From contig CP154954.1 in assembly GCA_039621445.1 (NCBI GenBank), positions 45,921,847-45,985,846 on the forward strand: DNA of 64,000 nucleotides, read 5' to 3'. Shown here one piece after another: positions 53,301 to 64,000 of the stretch. Numbering within the stretch: the stretch's first letter is position 1; every line of letters starts with the position of its first letter. Below the pieces are notes generated by a model that was not told where the DNA came from, did not search any database, and saw only the letters and a list, made by a program, of their open reading frames with translations. The stretch is from Euglena gracilis (lineage: Eukaryota). Made by a program: the position numbers and the translations under genes.

Positions 53301-54190
53301 TTATCCAACAGGATTTTTCCCGCCTGGTTCAGGTCCAGATTGGCTCTGGGTTTTGGGTGGGTGGACAACTTTGCGGGATTTACCCAGGGGGGTTGAATTC
53401 CGTTGATCAATCAATTGACATGTTGCTGGGGGGGGGGGGCATTTTTTGACCACCATTTTATACGTTTCTGAAGTCTCTGGTACACGGGGTATCTCCCCAG
53501 TTTTCCTCCACGGAATTTATTTCCTGAATTAGATGATTGTTTAGGGGCTGGGTGGGGAGTGTTGGACATTTCACAGCCCCTAGAGCCCCTAGGGCTAGAG
53601 CCCTTGGAAAAAGAAAATGTTCCTTGGGGGGTGTGCATGCACTCTCCTCTCTCTGGAGCATCTTGTTGTTGGAACACATACCACACAGGGCTTACTGCCC
53701 CTGTTTGGCATATCTGATCTGCTTGATATTGATGGGGTTGGTAGCCATACCCTAGGGGGCCTCTGAGGGTCCCCCCCTTGTTGATTGAATAAATGCTGGT
53801 GGGGAGTCTCCCCCTTCCAGCTGGCCCCCCGCGTCGTCAGGTTGTCCAGCTGCTGCTGCTCCATCTTGAAGTTCTCCAGCGCTGTGCTTCTTTGAAGTTG
53901 CATCTTTCATTGACTTCTTTCGAAAAATCAACAACTTTTGATTTGAGGTTCTGCACGAGCGTGACTTTTTGGAAAATTTGAATTGATTGATTGTCTTCTT
54001 CTTTTCTCAATTGATGAGGTATTTGACGTTCCTTTCTTCTGGGTGTCGAAGGGCAAATTAGGAATCAGCCAACTCCGGCGAAAAAGGCACTAAGCAGGGA
54101 CTCCTAACCCAACGCAGCACACAATCAAAACAACACCGCCGGCGAGCAAGGCATGACCTCACAAGGGCAAAGTGCGGAGCCCGAGGTGTC
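50320..54190 (-). mobile_element. DIRS-type retrotransposon, copy 2 (both termini present, more degenerate, gag region shortened)
   Basis: Collinear and highly similar to copy 1 across YR (50593-51475), methylase, RNase H and RT (52582-53410). Same termini (CTCGTAC.. at 50320; ..CCGAGGTGTC at 54190) and an ICR near 50610-50713. Multiple frameshifts. Confidence 0.9.
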
Positions 54191-56460
54191 TCCCCAGGCA
54201 CGGGTGCTTCTGTCTGAGCAAAACTCCCTGGTTGCACTTTGGGGGAAGGGTCTGCCGCCAGGTGTCCAGCAGAATTTTTATTTCTCTTAATTGGTCCTTT
54301 ATTCTTTGGGAAATGGGTGTTTTGAGTCCCAGGGGGCTTTGGAATTTTCCACCAAAAATTTTTCTCGGGCATCCACAAAGGCCCTTGGAAAGGCTAGGGC
54401 CATCAGATTGCACCTGATTTGGCCCAAAATGGAAGCCAGCTGCCTTTTTGACATGTAATATTTTTTGCCCATTTTTCCCAGCTCCTTTTTTACTGTCTTA
54501 ATTTGCTGGGGGGCACCTATAATTTTCCGTGCTGTAAGTTTAGTTAAAACCCAAGATGATTTACGATTTAGGTGCAGGGTGGACTTCTTTACGTTGATTT
54601 TGAATCCTGATTTGATTAAATCCCTGACCACTTGTGTTCAGGTAATTTTGTAAGATGTTTTGTGCTGGGGCCACCATTAAAGCATCTTCGAGGTAAATAA
54701 AAACTTGGATGCCCCTTTTCCTCCACAGCTTTTCGAATGTCTTCATTACTGACATGAAAACTTGGGGCATTACATTCAGGCCAAAAACAGCCTGCGTGGA
54801 ACTCCCAGGTCTGCCCCCCCCCCACCCGATGTCTTAGAAATGGCCATAAGACCTGGCTAACTGGGATGTGGAAGTGAGCATCCTTCGGGTCTATTTTTGC
54901 TGCCCAGTGGCCTTTTTCCAACGCTGGAAAAATGTGCTGGATATGATCCAGCTTGAAAGGTTTTACTTGGAACCTTCCCTCTCCCTCTCTACGGACCCAG
55001 ATTTTTCGTAATCCTGCAGTGTTTTTTCTGCTCGATGAAGGTTTAAATTTGCTCTGGGTTTTGGATGGCGGGATGTGCATGCACTCTCTCCCTCTCTGCT
55101 CACCTCTCTGGAGGGTCTTGTTGTTGGAGGACATACCACAGGGCTTAATGCCCCTGTTTTGTCTATCAGGTCTTCTCCATGTTGATGTGGTTGGTGGGCA
55201 TACCATAGGGGGCCTTGTGGGTCCCCCCTTGATTGAATTTTCGGGAATTGAGAAGTGAATGTTGGAGGGGTTCCTTCCCCTCCCTCCAAAAGGGACACTG
55301 TGGGTCCCTTTTCTTCCTGGAGCATTGAAAGGGTCACTGTGGGTCCCTTTTCCCCCCTTTTTTGGAAGAGGGCCTCGTGGGTCCCTTGGGTGGTTTCTGC
55401 AGCAACTTCCTTAACTTCTTGGTGGCCACTGTGGGTCCACCCTGCTGTCCTCCAAGGTCTCCATGTGTAAATTTTCTTCCATAATCCACCAATTGGTCTT
55501 CCAGGTCTCGAGTTCTTCTTGGTCTCCAAGCCCACTGTAAACCTGGGGGCTGCAGTGCCCCCCCCCTTTTCCCCTTGAGAGGGGCTGTTGTGCCAGATGA
55601 ATTGGGGAGGCTTGACAGACCTCTTCTGCCCCTTCCTGAGGGGATTTGCTTGTAAAAGTGGCCCCCATGGCCCCTGCAGTTTTGATCACCTTGACCTTGA
55701 TCCCGTCTCCCCATCCTTGACCAATTTGTGTGCAGGCGACTGGGCGCCTTTGGGGGGGGGGAATGCCCTTGATGTGTGGGTTTTGGATGTCCATTTGTGA
55801 AGCACTTTGGGCCTCTATGGCCCATCCTTTGCCCACTTGCTGACTTCTGTTTTCTGGGCCTTCTGGCCACAGTGGTCCAAAGACCGTGGCCGTCACTCGG
55901 GAGGGGGGTTGTGCTGGGAAATTTCTGGCGTCCGGGTCTGGGGGGGAAGAACGGCCACCGGTTTCCACGTGTCGACCGCATCCCCAAGTTGTCCAGCTGC
56001 TGCGGCCACTGCTGCAGGACCTCCGCGGCCATATATTCCAATTTCTTTTCCACAGCATTTTTGTTGAATTCAAAATTGAAATTTGATAATTGACTTTTCA
56101 TTTGATATTTGCCTGGTTCGTGCCCTTCTGGATATTGAATTTATATTAACTTGGTCCTCCTTTGTTCGTGAACTCTTTTCCTTTCTTCTGGGTGTCGAAG
56201 GGAAAGTTAAGGGTCATCCAACTCCGGCGAAAAGGCACGAAGCGGGGACTTCCAACTCGGACTCCCACGACACAGGAAAGGGGAGGAAGGGACCAAGAGG
56301 GCGAAGCATAAGAAGATGGTGGGCCCAACCCCCCCACCCGGCAAGGAAAGCAGGACCTCACCATCTCGCAGTGCGGAGCCCGAATGGCCCCCATCCCACC
56401 ACACCGCCGGCGCGCAAGGCGCGCAAGGCATGGCCTCACAATGGCAGAGCCCGAAGTGTC
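54191..56460 (-). mobile_element. DIRS-type retrotransposon, copy 3 (older, 3'-truncated at the start of RNase H)
   Basis: Degenerate RT (KIDPKDAHFHIP, IYLEDAL) at about 54300-55030. Diverged 5' terminus ..GCATGGCCTCACAATGGCAGAGCCCGAAGTGTC ends at 56460. Sequence breaks off exactly at the copy 2 terminus. Confidence 0.82.
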
Positions 56461-59400
56461 TTGATAGTTTTATTGGCTCAGATCTTCGCGAGTATAAGTT
56501 TTGTCGTTTTTTTGGACACACCTTGCCTCCCCCCCGCCAGTGACGGCCCTCCGTCCCTCACGTTCATCCCGGGGCAGCAGCAACCTTAACAAGCAAAAGT
56601 ATGGAGCACCGTCGGGCTTTCCCCAAAAAAAACTTTGGGACACATGCTTGATTTTGGCCCTTTGGTCAAAAATGGTGCCGCTTGGAACGCATGGGGTTCC
56701 CTGAAGTTGTCTCAAATGTGTGTTTTTCCGCCCTCCTGGTTTGAATTTAAATGATTTGTGGTTTCCCGAAACAAAATGCCGCGGAATGGTCTGACCATTT
56801 TCTTTAACTCTCACCGAAGAGCAAAGGGCGATATGCGGGGAGGGATTGCACAAAAAATTGCAGCGCAAAAAATCGCACAAAATTGCACACACCAGAAAAG
56901 CCATGCCAGAAACTAGAAAGGCCGCATATTCTGCCAATTTACCCGGTCGGTTCGCCCAAAAAAAATTGCAACATGACAATATGCGTTGGCAGTGCTTACT
57001 CCATTCATCCTGAATTTGTTCACCATCCAGGGGAAAGCACAACATTCCATACTTAGAGATGTCATGCAGGTCGGTCAATTACCGGTTTGCACACTGAGCA
57101 GACCAACAATAAACAGCCTTTGAACAGAAATTTTCACTGCGCACATCAGTTTCCTAGCAAACAAACCCCGGTAAGTTCTCAATTGTATCAAAAACTGACA
57201 TTTTCCAAAACAAAATGCCCTGGACCATGTCCAATTAATTGCACATTTCGAAAATTGAAATTGAAAAATTGCACACATCGAAAATTGCACAAAATTGCAA
57301 AAATTGCACGGTGCAATTTTCTCCCCCCCTGCGATATGCCACGATCAACTGCACCATTGGCGATTTCTCGTCATGGCCCGTGGGGAACCCCTTCTCGGCC
57401 ACCCGCACTCTGTTGAAACTCTGAGAATTTTGCACACACAAAAGTCTGCAAAAAGGAAGCTGTTCCCTGGCTCACACAGGCAGCTCTCATGGGGAAGCCA
57501 GTCAATCAAGGGATAGACAATGCAACTCCACAGACAGATGCAGGTGGTGAATATGACCTTTGTGTGTTGGTGTCCCTCTCAGGAGGGGGCTGGGGCATCG
57601 ATTCACTTGGTGACCCACCCCCCCAGGGGGTTGGACCCGGAGTGTGGGGGGGGGGGGGGCACCATGGGACCCGCTCATAGAAATTTCCTTCGCGCCGAAA
57701 GCAAGTTTGGACCTAAAAATCGGCGCCCCTTGAATGCGGGAAGGCTTGGGGTGGTCGGACCCCCTGCCGCCGGGATGGGGGGCGCCCACCCGGGTGGGGG
57801 GTGGGTCACAGGTGATAAATGAATCTATGTCTGCGGGACCCACTTTTGGGGGGTCAATTCAAAAATTCTCAGGGCTTTGTGCCGGAAATAAAAAAGTCAA
57901 AATACAGCCAAAACCCTGCAACTGTCGAGGTTCATGCTCACTTTCAACCACCCCTCCACCTGTCGCCCGGAACCTGAAACTCCATTCTTTCCTCAAGCTG
58001 TGAATGCTTCGGTGTCACGGTCACCTCCTTCCTGCCTCCCAGATATAGGTTAGCGAGGGAGGACAACGATTGCCTTGGATGCTGGCTGAGCACTGCGGCC
58101 ACCCCTCCTGTTGTCCCGGGTGGGGATGCCCTCACCACCGTGGCCACCTCGCCCCGGTTGCCAGGTCGATCACCTTGGCCAGTCGTCCAAAAACCAATGG
58201 ATGTCAGCCAATATTTAAAAAATTGCGTCTGGTGGGCACTTTCCACCTTTCAGGGGAGGGTCTGGAGCACACCATTGCTCATCAACACGGGGGGGGGGGG
58301 GGGGGGTCACTTTGTCCAGTCGGCGAAAGAAAAACGAAAATGAAAAAAAATTTTGGTCAAGAATCCAAAAATTTTCCGGCGCCTTTGGCACCGGGCCACT
58401 TTTTTTTGGCAAATCCTGGTCGACGCCAACGTCGACGGGGGGGGGGGGTCTGGAGCCAAAAACCGGCCAGTCACTCCGAAAAAAAACCGGCCAGTCACCC
58501 CCCCCCAGAGGATGGGGTCAGTCACAGCTTAAACAATGGCATGGTCTGGAGCCAAAAATCAGTCAATCACACTCCCCAAAGAGGTTGGGATGGACAAACC
58601 TGAAACACTAATATATGGTCTGATTTAACAAAACAACTGCGCATTAACCTGGATTTGCCAGCAATACGGGTGGCCATCTCCTGAAACGAGGAGGAACAGG
58701 GAGTCAGTCGAACCAGCAAGAAGAGGGCTGGCCAAGCTCCGGGTCCCCAATTATACCGCCCATCCCGTGCAATGAGCAGCTCAGCAGGTCGCTGCTGTTC
58801 AGTTCATTCAATTCCCTGAAGGAAATTCTTCAAAAAAAATCATGCCTTTTCCAGAGGAAAACGCAAAAAAGCAGCATATCAACATGTCAACTGTGCTCTT
58901 ATGCACTTTGAATCCACACGTGAACAGCGAACAACTTCAGAACAATACACGAGGCTTTTATAAGAACGTGCCTCACGCGCGAAATTGGGAGACAAAAAGG
59001 ATGCACAACGCCAGCAGATGGAATCAGCCACGACGTGCCTGCCTGGAGGGGTCTGATACAAAAAAGGTCTGTCTTGATGGGTTCACCGGGGAGGGGGGGC
59101 AAAAAAATGGGTGGGTGGGTGGGTCTGGGGTCTCTGAAATGAATCCATGGTCTGGGTCCAGACTTTAGGTGCGGGTTGTCCCTGTTGAACCATGAAGAAT
59201 CCCCAATGTGGTGGAGGGTGGGCATCATTTCGGTGATCAGAAGAGGTCAAAATATGGTTGGCGTTGCAACATCTTCCCAGGAATAAGAGCAAACATTATG
59301 AGAACGTTTGCCAGTGTGTCCTGGGGTGGGGTGTCCCAACCTCTTCTTGCAAATACTCTGGCCCCTGGCCGGTTGCCTGTCAGCCTGTGGTTGTGGAGGT

Positions 59401-60944
59401 GGCTGGTGCCACTGCCACCCCCCCTGGCAGGGTTCGAAGACAGGGGAGGCCCCCCTGTGTGCGCTGTTTGTTTGGTGCCTTTTATCCCTTCTTCTTGCCT
59501 GGCACTGTTTTTGCCTGGCCCGGTCCAGTATGGCAGGACAGCAACCCCCTCCTGTGCAATGGCTGGTGGGTGAACGATTTTCAGCGAGGCGAAGCACCGG
59601 GCCGAAAATTTTTGCCCCCAAATTAGCCCAAAATGCTTGTCGGGGAAAAAATGCCAAAATTTTCAGCGCAAAGCGACCAACAGCCAAAAACTGACCTTTT
59701 GGGTGTCCTGCTGGATGAACCCCATCATCCAGCCCACAAGGGAGACCCCCCTCTCCACACCTCAGGTGCCCTTGCCCCGACGACCAGGGTTGCTCGGGGG
59801 GGCACACACAAACCCCATCTTTCTGGCACAAAAGAAATTTCCGTTTCCACTTTCAGGAGAGTTTCAGTCCATAAATCAGCGACATTGGGGAAAAAAAAGG
59901 AAAGGGTGGTGGGGTACCAGGGGGTGGGATGGGGCACCAGGGGTCGACCCACCTCCCACCTCCCGGGTGGGGCGGGGTCGACCCCCACCCAACACAGCAT
60001 TTTCACCAATTTTTAGGGGGGGGGGACAAAGCTCAAAAAATTTTGACCAAATTTTGGCACAATCAAGTTTTACTGAGATTTTTTATCTGGGAATTTTTTT
60101 GGGTTTTCAGTGGCTTTTTTGTTTTGCTTCAAAAACCTCTCAAAATCAAAATTTTGAGAAAATGTTGAAATTTTGGAAGGTGTGAAAAAATGGGGTTTGG
60201 GGGGACGTCCCACGTGGGCCCCAAAATGGGTCGAAATACATCCAGTGCCGAAAGAGCCGAGAAAAAAAATTTGTGGGTCCAATTTTGGTGCTTCTGGAAC
60301 AATGGGAAGAGGTGATGGGGGGCCCCGCCCACCATGCAGATGCAGGGTGGGGGGGGGGTCGACCCCCCCCCTGCCCCCAAAGCGGTTGGGGGGGGGGGGG
60401 GTGCAGGAAATTTTTTCAGGGGCTTCAATAAATGCCCAAAATTGCATTTTCTGAGACTTTCAAAATGACGAAAACAGATGACAAAAAAACATGCATTTTG
60501 TGACATGAAATGCCAGAGAAGAAAAATGATCCGGGGGGGTGACTTGCTGAGTGACCCAGGGGGGGGGGAGTGACTTTCCACTTTCAAAGAACCAGTCAAT
60601 CACTTTCAAAAATAAAAAGTCACCCACTTCCACCCCTCCACCTGGGAGGAAAGTGACTCTGGCCCGATCGACGACAAATGGCTTAAAATCAATGGACGTA
60701 AGCCAAAAATCAAACAATTTTCCGGCAACATTTGGCCACTTTCGGCCAATCCTGGCTGCCGCCCCCCCGCGGGGCAGGGTGTTATTAAACGAGAGGGGGA
60801 GGGGGTGGTGCCGGACCCCCAGGAGGGCCTGGGAAAAAAACTCACAGGCGCAAAACGCTGGAAAATTTGGGGGGGTTCTGGAGCCAAAAATAACTCAGTC
60901 GCTTAAAGCACCCAGGTCGGACACAGGCACCCCTTAGTGGGGTC

Positions 60945-61226
60945 CAGGCTTCTTTTTAAGACCCCCCGGGGGGGAGGGGGGGGGTCCCCCCCACCCAGGG
61001 TGGCGCGGGGCCCCCCCCCGAGGGGGGGGTCCGGGGACCCCCCCAAAATCGGGCCCGTTAAAGGCAATTTTCAAAAATTTTCGGCGCTTCGCGCCGAAAA
61101 GGTATACCCAGCGCCTCCGGCGCGGGACCCCCCCCCCAGGGGGGGGGGTCCGGCCCGGAGCCACCGACCCGCCCTCCCGCCCCCCGGGGGGGGGGGGGGG
61201 GGTCAGGTGACTTAAAAAGAAGCCTG
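60945..61226. mobile_element. hAT-like MITE
   Basis: Perfect 16-bp TIR CAGGCTTCTTTTTAAG, with 8-bp TSD GTGGGGTC at 60937-60944 and 61227-61234. Confidence 0.9.
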
Positions 61227-61278
61227 GTGGGGTCCCAATCGTTATTATTTATTAAGGCGCCTTGAAACAAACATCAAA

Positions 61279-61703
61279 CAGGGGGGGGGAAATGCGCTTG
61301 CCCGGCCTCGGAAAAAAATGCGCAAAAATGCGCAAAAAATGCGTATTTTTGGAAAAAATGCGCAAAAATGTGCAAAATCTGAGAAAAAATGCGCAAAAAT
61401 CACGAAAATGCAAAAATTACCCAAAAACATGCAAAAATGGCACCAAATTTGAAGAAATTATGTAGAATAATGAGGAAAATGTGCGTTTCAAAAAAAATCA
61501 AAAATTTCAATTTTTTGCAAAAAAAATTGCAAAAATGGTCAAAAAATGCGAAAATTTTGGAAAATCACGAAAAAATGTACCAAAAAGCAAAAAAAAAATG
61601 TGCTGAAAAAATCGAAAAAAATGCGCAAAAAATGCAAAAAAATGCGCATTTTGGAAAATTTGAAAAAAATGCGCAAAAATGCGAAACGCATTTCCCCCCC
61701 CCG
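61279..61703. mobile_element. MITE-like element with A-rich AAAATGCGC internal repeats
   Basis: Ends CAG(9)AAATGCG / CGCATTTC(9)G. Flanks CATCAAA / CATTAAA form an imperfect TSD. Confidence 0.6.
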
Positions 61704-62494
61704 CATTAAAATGCTTCAAATGCGCCTGAAAGATCTTAACCCAAATCCCTGAAAATGCTGTTTAAGAATTCTGACGGGAAAAATGAGATCCAACTGAGCA
61801 AAAATGAACACAGAAAATCTCGGCAAAAAAACAGGCGGCAGGAAGTTAAATTACTTCCGCACCCCTGAAACATCATTGCCTTTCCAAGCAAAACTTAAAA
61901 AATGACTTTTTGATTTTGGACCACACACAAATTCAAAAAGCATTGGCTTGATGACTGGGAAAGCTCTGAAACCGTGCTGGAAAATAGCGCCTTCAAAAGC
62001 CTTAAATCTGTTTTAAAAAAAACTGTTGCCTTAAACAGCAATACCGGGCCTCACCCCCTCCCCCTATACAAAACCAATGCTCTGAGGCGAACTGAATCTT
62101 TTGGGGGTGATGCCACTGAACTTCGGACTGCCAGCATCTTCCCAGGAATAAGAGCAAACATCATAAAGAACGTTTGCCAGTGTGTCCTGGGGCGGGGGAC
62201 CCAACTCCTTTTACAAATCCTGATGTGCTTGTGATGCCTCTCTCTGGCTCTTTTCCCTCTTCTTGGCCTGACCGCTGACCCGCACATATGCTCCTGTTGA
62301 GCCTCCCCACCCTGCCCCAAAGCAGTTGGGGCTTTTGTCAGCGCTTCCAAACCACACAACTGCAAACAACCGTGTGGAAAATGCACACCACTGGAAAACT
62401 CACTTGGTGGTTGGTCTCCAGAAAGGCGTGGAAAAGCCGAGTGTGAAAGACAGCGGGTTGAAAGTGAAATGCGGAAACACAGCGGGCCAGCCGC

Positions 62495-63991
<1,497 letters not shown>

Positions 63992-64000
63992 TCAAAATTA

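Larger units (their letters stand above)
59270..62215 (+). repeat. Dispersed ~80-bp direct repeat pair (59270-59350 and 62135-62215)
   Basis: CATCTTCCCAGGAATAAGAGCAAACAT..AGAACGTTTGCCAGTGTGTCCTGGGG is present at both sites. Confidence 0.8.

Noticed and set aside
56470-57330. 202-aa minus-strand ORF beside AATTGCAC repeats as a transposase remnant
   Set aside because: No matching second TIR or TSD found and no recognisable catalytic motif.

Overview
Eukaryotic, intron-rich and repeat-dense nuclear DNA, most likely from a photosynthetic euglenid. The window ends in the 3' exons of a nuclear psaD gene (minus strand). Its last intron is not GT-AG but has the euglenid nonconventional signature (CAG at +4..+6, CTG at -8..-6, ends able to base-pair). 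Most of the window is transposon-derived. There is a cluster of three same-orientation DIRS-type tyrosine-recombinase retrotransposons (45497-56460; RT, RNase H, Dam-like methylase, YR, ITRs and ICR visible), several MITEs with clean 8-bp TSDs, a pogo/CENP-B-like remnant and (TG)n microsatellites. The most unusual item is a 5.2-kb DNA element (28378-33622) with 22-bp TIRs and a 5-bp TSD. It encodes a ParB/DGQHR-like protein, possibly followed by a degenerate methylase-like domain, plus a putative transposase-like ORF, and carries 7 dispersed copies of a ~24-bp palindrome. A second 3.3-kb element (35158-38480) shares the C(C/T)TAGGCGGCC termini, the 5-bp TSD and the dispersed-palindrome design. 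Scattered GC-rich plus-strand exons suggest host genes (one ankyrin-like, one Myb-domain), some with disablements. All protein family calls are by-eye motif recognition; no database search was run.
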